A stretch of DNA of 62,153 nt, counting the filler, from Choristocarpus tenellus KU-1152 (lineage: Eukaryota > Protista > Phaeophyceae): NCBI GenBank assembly GCA_964200185.2. It is 10 parts of 10 records of this genome, joined end to end, with 100 filler letters (N's around TTAATTAATTAA, not from the genome) between each part and the next. Parts side by side here need not be neighbours in the genome. Positions count along the whole stretch, not along the records: positions 1 to 17,889 come from CAXNAD020000612.1; 9 more parts are not named here. The stretch is one strand, 5' to 3'. The notes under the pieces are model-generated. The model was not told the origin of the DNA. It saw only the letters and a list, made by a program, of their open reading frames with translations, and ran no database searches. The position numbers and the translations under genes were made by a program. This document shows positions 1 through 12,101 of the stretch, in pieces (within the stretch, counting starts at the first letter, position 1; the number at the start of each line of letters is the position of its first letter).

Positions 1-71
1 CCCCCCAGATACTTTGACCCTGTGAAATGTAAGGGAATCTATATTTCTGTCCTGAGGTTAAACTGCAAAGG

Positions 72-3000
72 CTAACTGACAGTCCCAGCTAGATCCATAT
101 CTAAACAACAATCCCCTGGCAATGGCGTCCAGGTAGAGATATCGTGGTGACAGATTTTTCTGAGCTGCGGCGGTTGCACTGGATGCGCCACTTGTGTATT
201 ACAATGGGAAGAAATGAAATGGGCGCCATCATCTTGTACAAGCTCTATGGATACAGTATTTCCCCCCACCCTCTGCCCCCATGTCAACAACTTCAATAAC
301 CTCCTCTTCTCTTGCTGATTTTACCACCATGCTCAACCCCTCACCTTCTCTTCTTAACTCCTGTGCTCCCTTCCCTCTTCATTTCCTCCTTTCCCTTGTC
401 CTGTTCAAAGCTGAACGGAAAACGCTTTCTGTTTGCATACCCTGAGTCTGAAACCTCCCTCTTCAAGAGTGGAGGCTCAGGAAAGAGATGTTCCTCACGA
501 CCCACAATTCCTGCTCCATGGAGGTGCATGGGCATGAGGTGAACAGGCCCTCTCTGGTCTTTGATGCACGGCCGAGTGATGTTGAGGTGGATGGGGCGCA
601 GTGCTGGGATGTCTACCGGCCACACCTCGTTGAAGGCCAGGATATACTGGTAGCAGTACAACGGTGAGGTTTGCATGTATCAAGATACCTCGCTGAGACA
701 AGAGGAGATCACCACTTCTTCAGCCTGCAGGCGCAAGAAAGAGGTCATGCTTGCGCAAATGTTTCCCGGGTTATATTTTTAAGCTTTAAAAGTTGGGAGT
801 AATTAGTAGGTTTGTTTGTAGCAAAGACACAACAAAGTAAAGCTGGTGCACCAAAATAAGAGAAAAGCCGCAACACACCCCAGTAAGTGGTTTGCCCATG
901 AGCGAGAGAAACTGTACTGTGTTCTTGCTCCTATTCTATCTGTGGAAGAGCATGCTTCTTGATGTAATTTACAGAATATTCTACTTACTCTATCCGAGAA
1001 AGCCTACCTTAATGTATCCACAACCAGTCCCAAAACATTCACCAACAGCCACAAGCATGCAATCGACCAAGGAATCGACCCCTTTCCATTTGCACCTGCT
1101 CTCCCATGACAGCATTTCCACATTGGTCCAGGGCTATTGATGGCTTCTTCAGAGCTTCTGCAGTCAAACCCACCTCAACACCCTTGATAACATGCCCATG
1201 AGGAGCTTGCCATGAACGTTGTGTTGTGGTTCCTTCAACCCTTTTGCCATCAGGAATCACCCCTCTGGTGTCAAGAACCCCACTTCCATGTGCCAGAAGA
1301 GACCGACTTTCTTTCAAGGAGCCCTGCTTTGATTGCATCCTAATCCCATCGACTGACCGTTGCAATGTTGGTAAATTAAACCTACTTCCACCTCGTCGAA
1401 CAGCCTTGTCATCTCTACTCTTGGCTGCACCCCCAGTGAAAGATCTTCTCAACATAGCAAATTCAGGACCGCTCTGAGCTACAGTGGGATCTTTGTCAGT
1501 CGTGTTCAATTCTTCTACTCCCATTGAAATCGACTTTTCATCTTCTGGTTGCATTTTCCAGGCAGACAAGTGCACCCCCCTCTCCCACTTGGGGTGACCG
1601 TTCGGTGAGTACTTCAATCCGATTGCCTCTAAGCCTGTCCTGATTGTGTGAGGCCTACAGGCTGAAGGATAAGGCCTGAAGGATGATTCTGAACCATACT
1701 CTCTTGATTCTGCTAGTGGTGATGACCTTGGGCGTTTAAAGAGTTTCCCTAAGGGGATCCTTGGGACCACTGAATTGGCATGGAATATTTTTTTCCCTTT
1801 TGATTGAGAGTGTGAAGGAGGGAAACTCAGGGTTCTTTGACGGCCATTTCCACTATCCCTAGTAAGGGTCTCCTCAATACCATCAGGTAATGCATTGGAG
1901 CAATGCCCATCCTCTTCCTCAAGGCAAGTCCTCTTTCGCCGTAGTCCTACCATCCTGAAACGATTGGTGGTAGGTCCTTGCTCAGACTGAGTCCTTGATA
2001 ATTGGGTAGAGGATGTTACGGGAAACATTGGCTTTCTTTGAGTCAAGTCCTGCATTGGCATATCTTGGAAAGCCAAGGATGGAAGTTGACAATCTGCACC
2101 AGTTGAAGGGGCAGCCTTGGTTTGACTCTTGCAGTTTGATGTGAAGGACCAGGTAACCTGATGCATGTGAATTCACAGGTTGGAGACATATGAGATACAA
2201 GAAGGGATTGAATGATCTTGGCAAAATAATCTGGGTGAAAGGAGAAGGTGGTTCAGCAACACATCCTATTTTTTAGTGTGAGTACACCTTCAACTCAAGC
2301 ATCTTAAAAGAACAACTGTTTGATAAATAGTTCCCCTCTCCTCCCTATACACACCTCACAACAATATATGACGTTCGACGTACTTTTCACAGTACAGAAG
2401 TACAATTTTATTGATATATGCCAAGCTTAATATACCAAGAGACCCTTCATATCCTAGAGGGGGCTGCCATTGAGCTGAAGGGGCCTCTGCGACTGCGTTG
2501 TGTGGTACATGTACTCATAGCATTTTGAAGGGTAATTTCGTGGTTGTGTGGACAAGTGTTTGTTTCCTCTCCTGCAACTACAGTCTCCTACTGGGAGTTG
2601 ACTGCATTTCAGGGATGGGGATGGGGGTGTCAGAGGTTGAAGGTGTTCAAAGCCTTCTACTCTCGGATGGGCCTAAATTGACCACCCTTAAAGATACTAC
2701 AACTCAGAACGACAACAAGAGTGAAAATATCTTAGACGACACGATTTTTGCCCTGTTTGTCCATTTGGGGCTTGGCTTCCCCTGGGTTTTTATAACATTT
2801 TACCTACTCTGAAACATTTCGGAGTAGGCAAAATGTATACACTATGAAAAGGTGTGTCTGAACAAGGATATTGACATTTCCAAGGATATTGACACTTCCT
2901 AACAAACAAGATAGCCAAAATTAGATCAAAATCGCAACATTAGATTTTGGCCCCCAAATGGACGTGGCTCTACCCTCTAAGATACTTTAACTCACAAAGA

Positions 3001-4850
3001 CAATTAAATATGGAGATAATGATAAGAATATCAACATGCTCAAGAGTACATGTTACTTGGAATAATATATAATATCAGCGGTGTAAAAATAGTAAACAAT
3101 TACATAAAACGTAATAATAACACTATAAATAACAACAGCAGCATCAATATGGAGGGGGAGAGGATAATTTTTGAAAAATCAACAGTCTTAACAGCAGAAT
3201 GATTCTTATGCATTTAGCGTGTATCATATCTCTTCTCCCTACAGAATGTTGACCACTTTCATCGTAGGTCAGGGGATTTCCAAAGCTCCAACAAATTCTA
3301 CTTTCGTGGGCTTGATTACTTTAATGGTTACAGATCTGTTAAGGCTAACACACCACCAGGATGCACAACTATTCTTTAGTTACTGCCCTAACGAAAAATG
3401 TAGTCCCTGGTGAAACCTCATCAAGTCTAACAGATTGTGGACCCCGGAATTGGCTTCTGTCGAAATTTGAGTGAGCCCCTGAGTTCGGAGAAAGTAGTAG
3501 CTGAGAGACTAAATCTCTCTTGGCAGCTCTGGGGATTACCAAAGTTTCAACACAAAAAATTGCACTGTCATCCCCCTTCAATCTGTGCATCTCTCAATGT
3601 ATTCTAAAGTCTTACACTACTAAAATACTCGTGATTTAGTAGTACGCTTTAATCAAACTCTCAATCTTAGGTTGTGAATACGTCCAGACCTCCTCCCATG
3701 TAAGAGGTGCATGCTCAAGTGAGGATCTCCCACAAATTCTGACCTGTTAAAGTCCAATAGTTTACACTTCGAGAAAATAACATTTACCCTCATGAAACTA
3801 GTCACCAACCACTCCCAGCGGAATTGTTTTTAACTCGCCTCTTCGGCACAAAGCTTGAGTCGAGGGATCGACTCAGGACCAAGATCCTGGAGAGCGTTGC
3901 GCAGGTTCTGCTGATGCTTCAGTCCTTTCTTTTTCCTGTCCTCTCTTCTTGCAATTTGTGAACCACTGCAAGTAGTTTGGTCCAAACAAGAAGATTGCAT
4001 GTCGAACATTTTTTTCGATCCTGAGGGCACCTGTAGATGCATGGAGTTACAATTAGTACTACCCCCTGTAGTATGATGCCCTACTTTTTTCCTCACCCTA
4101 CCTTCTCTAGATATGGGATGAGGTCCTAGAGTTGGGTTTTGGTACCCATTAGGGATTACCCACGCATGCAGAGCTTTTGGTCCATGATACAATAATTTCA
4201 GTCTTACGTTAGTCGTCAGGTGATGATTAAACACAACCAGAGCTTGCAGCAAACTGAACTTTGGAGTAAACAAACCTCCGTGCCTTTCAAGTGTTTTTAC
4301 CTCGGGGCGCGATTTTTCATGTCGATCATTTGATCTAAGGCCCAATGCTCTCCGATCTCCGTCCACATTTCGGTACACGACCTTCGAAGTCACACCTCGC
4401 CTGCGTGCTCTGCATGCAAAATTGAGTTGGTGGTGATCTCTTTGTTCGGCAGGTTATAGCTTACAGTAGTTAGCCATTCTTGCTTCCAACTCCTTAGAAC
4501 TATGGGAAAGGCTTAGTGATAGGGTGGACGTAATATTTATTGTACGATACTAACTCGTTATGGCTACAAAATGGTCAGAAGCAAGTGGGATTACCTAACC
4601 TCTTCCTTCAAACTCAACTACTCTCGACAAAACGGTGGGCAAAGGGGGGTATCATTGATGTGTACTGCGGAACAAATGTCCACGGTGAGAAATGTGGAGG
4701 TGAAGAACTCTCTGTCCGCACAAACCTCCATAGCTTCGACCACTCTCCCAAGCTTGGCCACGACTTCTCGTCACCAAAAATACTATCATCGCCACAATCG
4801 GGTCGAGGAGCCTTAACCTTTTGAGGGATAACTCGACTCAAACCCATCAT
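72..4850 (-). pseudogene. Putative multi-exon gene for a low-complexity/disordered protein, apparently disrupted; function unknown
   Basis: A 375-codon open frame at 1039-2166 has a plausible acceptor (tgcatcag|GTT) and donor (GAGCAG|gtgcaa). There is a strong acceptor near 725 and further coding-looking segments at 72-724, 3830-4393 and 4614-4850. These segments need frameshifts or contain stops, and no domain was recognised. Confidence 0.3.
2719..2993. mobile_element. MITE family A copy (Sola-like non-autonomous DNA transposon)
   Basis: Termini GAGTGAAAATATCT...AGATACTTTAACTC, subterminal GTCCATTTGG motifs, perfect 4-bp TSD ACAA/ACAA. Homologous to copies at 26795, 30051, 32941 and 46976. 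Has an internal 18-bp duplication (caaggatattgaca...). Confidence 0.85.
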
Positions 4851-7800
4851 GATCAAGTGACTTGTTGGCTGGGAATGAGGGAGAGAGGAGTGAATAACTT
4901 GGGAGTTGTCATTACACTTCCACTCTCTCATCACAGTCCTCTTGCGTACTTGGCAGAAAACGGTTTCAACTGACGGCAAAACAAGGCATAAACCATAAAC
5001 CAGAAACCATAAAGCAAAAAGTAGGAAACAGAAAACAACTTCAGTAGCTCTTGGATAGTGCATGCGTCAGAACAAGCAGATTATTCCTTTGCGTTTATCA
5101 GTTGGGCAACAGTGTAGAGTACTCCTGTGTCCTCCTGAATTTCTGTATGGACGAGCCTGTGGATAATAAATATCCTAGATATCTTCGGTCTCCCAGGTCC
5201 AGTCACAACTGTGTCAAACTGTGCACGAGATATGGCACGAGCGCTGCTCGCTTCAGACAATATTAAGCATTGAAAGTATCTCATGTGCTAAGAGCCGTGT
5301 ATCTTGCAATTGACGGATAGGTAAATTATATATACGTAGTAAACCATGTCCAATCTCTACCCATTCGAACTTCATTCTTACTCATTAAAAATTGTTGGTT
5401 TTCTTGGCATACTTGAGTGTACTGGTTGACCCAAGAAAGACATTCGAAACTGGCTGTTAGAGTTCATTGTTCAGGCTGAAGGTGTCATGGTGGGGGGGTC
5501 TCCTACACTGGGGTCACTGATAATGAAGCCGTCGACGCGATTATCCTGTGGAAAACCCTGGAAACACGAGTCAGTCGCTGATGCTTGGAAATGACTCCAC
5601 TAAGCTCGGTACTCGTGGTACATAGTATGTGTAGTGTTTTGTGTCTGTGCTGATAGCGTAAGACCTCCGGTGAGCTGGAGAAAGCTGGATTTACACGGGT
5701 TCCACATGTGCGTCGTGGCCAATGAGTGCCATGACACATAAAAAAATGCTGATTGAACCTATCGAAGGCATTTACAAGTAGCTTAGGGTCGTTGGTTGTA
5801 CGTGATTTCTTGCAACAAAGTTATATAAAATTAGGGAGCACCTTCTGTCCAACTATTCTACACACACACTAGAAGTTACCTGCATGCTCTTTCAGTTGAA
5901 CACACGAAGCACACTTAAAAACACATACCAAGTGGGAGATGGATTGAATGATTAAACCCCCTTCCGTTCCACAATGGTAATTTGTGTTGTCGATCAAGAG
6001 TTTCCCCTATATTGTTTTGACCCTTCATCACCGGTTGGGGGCACTCCATCTCATTGACCAGTTGTTTCGGGATCACCTACACACCAGAGTCCAAACAATA
6101 CATCGATATATTTATATTAGCATACACCAAATTTGTATATGTTGAAGTCACCAACCCAGCTGGTCAGTAGATTCACAACACCTCCGTTTGAAAGTAATGA
6201 ACAACCACCATTCTTCAAGCAAGCATATACTCCTGTCCTCCCTGTGAGTGCCTATTCTCCTGATGCGCCTTCTAGAACAACTGACCTTGGCAGGCAGTGT
6301 CACAAATTATTACTGGAAGAATTCCCCACTGAGCAAGGAGCACAAGAAGTGGAGGAAAGGGATAACAGGGAGAGGGGGTTGGGATTCCATTGCTGTTGTG
6401 CACATCCAGCAAGGAGATCTAACTCGCCCTAATCTCCCAGTCAAGTGGCAACAAGGGGAACACAAAAAGATAGAGGTATCTATATAACGTTCACGAACCC
6501 CCCCTGCTTCCACGAGAGAGAGTACTTAGTTACATACTAGAAGGGTTTTGGAGTTGTGGATGGACTGTAGATAGCTTTCTTTTGACAATGTGCCTGCACT
6601 TCACAGATGAAAGTTCTATTAACATCCTTTCCTCTCTTTCTCAAGAGTGACTTGAATATTTCAGCCAACCTCACATTTTTGGGCATCAAATTGTTGTAAC
6701 ATATTTTGTAAGTCATTTGGCAGCAAGAATATTGGAGACTGCACATGCCTCGTTCCGAAAATTGTTACTGAACTGGCAATACCCAACACTAGAGTTCTAG
6801 TTGCTGGGTGCATATAAACCTACTCTCCGACTTGCCTACTCCGAGTTGCTTCCCTCGTTAACCCTCACACAATTTCGATTACTTAAAATCGAGAATAGTA
6901 AGCCCCTTAACTGCAGTAACGTTTGGGTTTAAAAATTTGACCCCAATTATAATATTTGTGTAAATTACATCTTTCCAATTATCTGCCCTCCTCCAATGCC
7001 CCACCCTGAGTAAGCTATTGAAAGACACGTCCCTACTTGTGCAGTAGATGCTGGATGTTGTACATCTGATTACCCTTACACACCCAGTCAATTCCAACAG
7101 GGCTTGCTTCATGGAGCAAACAGTCTTGTCAATTTCACAGGGGCCATGTGCTTAGCAGCCAGGGCCGTATTGCATGCTGGATTATTTGTTCCATGTGTGC
7201 TACCTTTAGTGTGTCCATTCAAGTTACCATGCTAGAGGAGGCACTGGTATATTACTGTGTTGAAGTGTGTGCCTGTGACAAATTATCCTCACTTTTTGGC
7301 ATCCTCCTTGCTTGAGACTGCAAATTGATGGATTCAATGTGTGCCATGTGCCGTAAGACATGTTTGACCAAGTACAGACGGATCCAATTCATTTGACTTG
7401 ACAATGATGGAATCTTTACGACAACACCTGCAGTTGTGGACAATCTTTGATCCTACTTCTGTTGCAGACAAAAAATTCTATAAAAAAAAATCGATATTCT
7501 GAAGTCTCCTGGAGAGAAGACACTAATTCAGGGGAGTTACACTTTTCTTATATTACTCCAATACGATTTTTCGCTCCTCTTCTTTCTTGCCTCCCTCCTC
7601 AAGGGGGTAATGTGTGGGGAAACACCCTGGCAAATAGGACACCCTGCTATTGTGCCCGATATCTCCTATATATTAGGGCTCTAGCTCCTTAACGCATCAC
7701 ACAGGATGACACTGTTAACCAATAGACATTCATGGAGGCAGCACACACATTGCTGCAATGCCCTATTAAATGCTTCGAATTTGGCTTAGTTATTGTATTG

Positions 7801-7980
7801 CAGTCAAGCCTTCTGTGTAGTTTCAACAATCACAACTTCACTGTAAACACTGTGAACAATTCAGTTTGAGTAGTTTAGTGAACAACAATGGAAATGCATG
7901 TGGATATTGGAGAGATACGAGTGGAAGGAGGGTGCAGGTGGAGCCAAAGGTTAGCAGGGGGAAACATACTGCATAGCCTC

Positions 7981-9342
7981 TCAGTAAACGTCATCAAGGT
8001 GCAGTTGGTGGATGGTAAGGCCTCCTTGTGGCTTGGGATGCAAGCTGGACTCCACCTGAGGCCAACAGAGGGAAAGGTACAGGGGTTAAGAACATTGGCA
8101 GACACTATGCATTGTATTTCATATCATAAGATACTGCAAACATGTAACATCACACAACAAAGATAGAGTAATGAAGTAGTGAAACATCACCCCAAGAGAA
8201 CTTCTCCACTGAGGCAGCTAGCAACAAACTGTTCGATCCAATTCCTCACTACACGTTGCTACAGAGCACACCTAACATACACACTGCACACACAAACGTG
8301 CTTTATATATTTTCAGAAACAAGAGGCGTTGAAAATTCTGCAGGAAGTATTGAGAACAGAACTTATCTTATGGTCACGTTATGGTCCGGACAAGCCACCG
8401 ATGCAGCTATTGTCTATGTCCGTCCACGCACCTCCTCTGCTTGTTGGTGTGCCTTTCCCCCTTCATCCTCCCTCTTTTCCCATTGAAGCAGGAGTTCCGA
8501 GTACATGTTCAGGGTCACTGCAAGAGAGTGGGGATGGACCGGTGACGGGTGCTTATTAAGGAGGCCCCTGGCACTTGGTTCCAGTCCACTGAGGGCAGTA
8601 CGGAAGAGTCCCTCAGACGTCACTGCCTCCCCAGCCAAGAAATGGCATCTCCCTATCAGGGCAAGTGTCCAGGCCTGAGATGCAGGCATAGGCAAATCAA
8701 GAGTTGGATTGGGTGGTGTATTCAGCCTGAAGGAAGTATGGCATTGTGGGAAAATTGACCTATGCATAATTGGGGGCAGGTCTGGTTTTGAACTGGTCTG
8801 GTTTTGTTTGAATGAGTCCTTCTGATTGGCCAGATGGTATTGTAACCACACACATGGAAAAAAACATCAATAGTGTAGAGTACACCATTTTTGAGTAGAT
8901 ACCATCCAAGCGCTCACTCCAAGCACCTAGTGCCAATCACCCACCGTAGCAGGGTGGCCATGGGGGAGAAGTTCCTCTCTGATCTTCAGTGCATCTGCTA
9001 AGCATGCAGAGGGGCCTTCCACGCCCTTTCCCAGCAGCAGCTCTCCCTGTGCAGCACTGCAAAGTACTGAGGCCTTGGTAAGGCGAGTGGCACGCTCTGC
9101 CAAGCTGACAGCGACTTCACCATGACCTCCATCCTTGCCCTGTATTCCTTGAGCATTGCTTGCGTCCTCATCTTCTGCATCAGCCTCAATATTGCGAGCC
9201 TCTCTCCAGAGCTCCAGGGCTTCCTCCACCTCTTGCTCACCTCCCACAAATGCATTATATGCAGCCAGGACTGACAAGCCCTTAGTGGTGGGTTCAACCA
9301 CAACGACATATAATAGGGAATTTAGAATTTAACCTATCGCTG

Positions 9343-9380
<38 letters not shown>

Positions 9381-11902
9381 TGGGCAAAGGGTGATCCAAT
9401 ATTGACAGAAGAGGATGAGTAGCACAAAACATTCATTTCATTGGTTCAATACAACACATACAGCATATTAATTGGACATCCTATCAGTGCAAATAATTAT
9501 CTTCATAGATGTCTCCTACACCTCTCTGGCGGGAAGGATGGTTGAGTGGCAGTAACAAATCATTGGGATTGCCTTTGCAACCAAGTGTGGGGCATCCCAA
9601 GTGCCTCAAAGGTGTGCAATACAAACTACTCTTATCTCTTCACCTTGGCCTGGTCCATACTTGTGGAGCCGAGCCTTGCAGCCCTTAGGAGGCTGGTCTC
9701 AGCATCTTCCCTTGCTCCATGCAGCATCTGAGTAACTCCCAGCTGTCGCAAAGCCTGACATAATTATATGGTGTTTGCAGTAAAGCAAAGTACATCACAT
9801 CAGGGAAGCTTCATTTTGCCACTGGGCAGAGTAAGATACACACCATCAGATGGAATTAGAACACCTCTTGTGTGCATCGAATTACTGTGTAGTGCTCTGG
9901 AGTACATCAAAGTTTAATGTCCCACAGTAACAGCAATTTGAACACTTCAATTGCTCATTGAGCAAAGGTGGAGGCCATGCAAAAATTGCTATCACATCCC
10001 TTTTGAGAAATCTTACACTGAGATATTGAATTCTCTAATACGCTCTATACCATCCCATCTAAAATTGGTTCTGTGTAAATCGTTAACAAAGTCACTGGAT
10101 TGACAACTTCAGCTCTACTGGCAGATTCACCATGGCCTAACACACTTACTGCCTTACAAGAAATACTTAAACTAAAAATACAGTTAATCCCTCAATATCA
10201 ATTTTTTGTTCCAAGAGCAAGTCTGGTTTTGTTCAATCAAGTACCAAAATGAGTTCTTGTGTCACACCTACTGCCTTGTATACTCACTACATAGCCAAGT
10301 CACACTCACACCAGGCCATGTTGTCATAACCTGCATGCACCAACTCCAAGATGTACATTTCATTTGGGTGGGCGGAAAAGCACACCTGAGGAAACTACCC
10401 TAAAATATCAACAGCGATACGTCCTGAGTACCTACTAAGCAGCACAACAGAACCGTGCTTTTTCCCTGCTTCAATGGAGTCTAATGTCCAGGGGAAACCC
10501 ACAGCAGCGCACAATCAATTGGTTTGAAGGATGGGGTGCCAAGGGAACCACACCAAAGTGTTTTTTCATGAAGTTGCAGCAAGGGGGATTTCTATACCTG
10601 CCCTAGGGCGTCTGTATCTGGCGTGTAATCATCATGTTTCTCACACAAGGCCACCGCTTGCGAGGACGCCTCTACAGCCTGCGACAGCCTCCCTTGGAAC
10701 AACTAGACAGCATCATTTTGATGCAGTAAAAAATGCACAGGTACCAGAGAACAAAACATTCGTGAAGACTTTGGTGACCATGATATTGGCCCAAGTGAAA
10801 CGTAGTGGACTTTTTAAACCTTAGATCAAGCCATGATATAAAAGCATTGTGACAACAATGTTGGGAAGATGATTCAATCGATGATCATAACCACAAGACA
10901 TGCAGAACATCTGTTTTAGGGCTGCGCAAATTCTGTTCCAGGTTGTGAGGTGACTGCATTTCAACCTGTACTTGTTCCAAGCCATTCTTTACAACTGAAT
11001 ATTGTGCAGCTCCTTGAAAGTCTTCGCGCCTTTACAACCTTGACATACCTTGTGTCCAAACAACAATAAGGACGCGCTCGAGAAGTCAATTCAATACCTG
11101 TGACTTGGATAGAAGCAGAAGTGCAGGCACACTGGTGCTTTCTCCATTTTTAACCTCCCGTTTAAAAACAGCTTCTGCATCAGTATACTGGCCGGCATTG
11201 TATAGCGCTTGCCCTAACCTGGTGCAACGTATTACCCGTGTAATTCATGTTTCGGAGGGGTCATCATCGTTGGTTTACGAGTAGTTATAAGGTGACCGTC
11301 TCACCTTTGCATGGTGGGAACCAGCACCGACCAGGGGTGATTCGGTTTAATGATCAGCAAGCTAGGACAATTTTCGGGGGAGGCTAACATCTAACGAAAT
11401 TCACGTGCCACGCCTTTCACAATTACAGCAAGTTCAACCATTTTGAGGCAATAAGTCAAAGGACATGCAGAAAAACGCAAAGTATTCCCTTACCTTCGCA
11501 GTGCAGCTCGAGCAAGAGTGCTCTCTTCGCCAACTGATCCAGTACATATCTCTACTGCCCTCTGTAGGAAAGGCACTGCCTCGGAGTGACGACCTGTCAA
11601 CGCGAGATTATCGGCGTTCTTCACCTCCTCTAACGATAAGAGTAACTCTTCAACTTCCCCAGCACTATCGTGTATGCTCCCCCCAGTGGAGAATGTCCTC
11701 CGCGCAAGGTTCTTTGGCCACTTCACCCCCTGATACAGGAAGCGAGAAAATTCCAATGTCTAAACTACGTTGTATTCATTGTACTGTTACCAATGCGGTT
11801 CATTCAGGATACATTTGTCATTCGACTTGTACTCACCCACAAGACAGACTTGTAGCTATGTCTTGACCCAGAGAAGGCTGCGTGGGCGATTCGGTGAATC
11901 AT
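7981..11902 (-). CDS. Tetratricopeptide-repeat (TPR-like) protein, ~440 aa, 8 exons, likely mitochondrion-targeted
   Basis: Exons 11837-11902, 11494-11759, 11098-11218, 10598-10702, 9644-9754, 8945-9280, 8432-8674 and 7981-8055 are all GT-AG and phase-compatible, running from ATG to TGA. Helical TPR-like motifs include LALTGRHSEAVPFLQRAVEI, LGQALYNAGQYTDAEAVF, LFQGRLSQAVEASSQAVAL and CLADALKIREELLPHGHP. The N-terminus is R/S-rich and ends LARRTFST. Confidence 0.85.
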
Positions 11903-12101
11903 ATCGTTCGCAGTCCTTGCTACCAATGTCTGCCACGGGAAAAGTACTAGGGGGCAGAGGAAGAAGGGTAAGATAGTCCTTGGAAAAGAAAGCCTTTACA
12001 AGGATATCAAATGCTGATTTTAGTTGATCACATAGTTTAGTTGGTGTTGTGCCACCTCTACACCAGATTGCCGTTGCAAAGGGGGAACCACAACCGTTGC
12101 A
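11903..12101. promoter_or_regulatory. Compact bidirectional promoter/5'UTR region between the TPR gene and CCDC25
   Basis: The two divergent start codons (11902 minus, 12102 plus) are only 199 bp apart. Confidence 0.6.

Noticed and set aside
680-682. In-frame TGA as possible selenocysteine or readthrough (AEEVVISSCLSEVS*YMQ)
   Set aside because: There is no selenoprotein motif or identifiable SECIS. A 42-nt GT-AG intron or pseudogenisation explains it, and neighbouring segments also have frameshifts.
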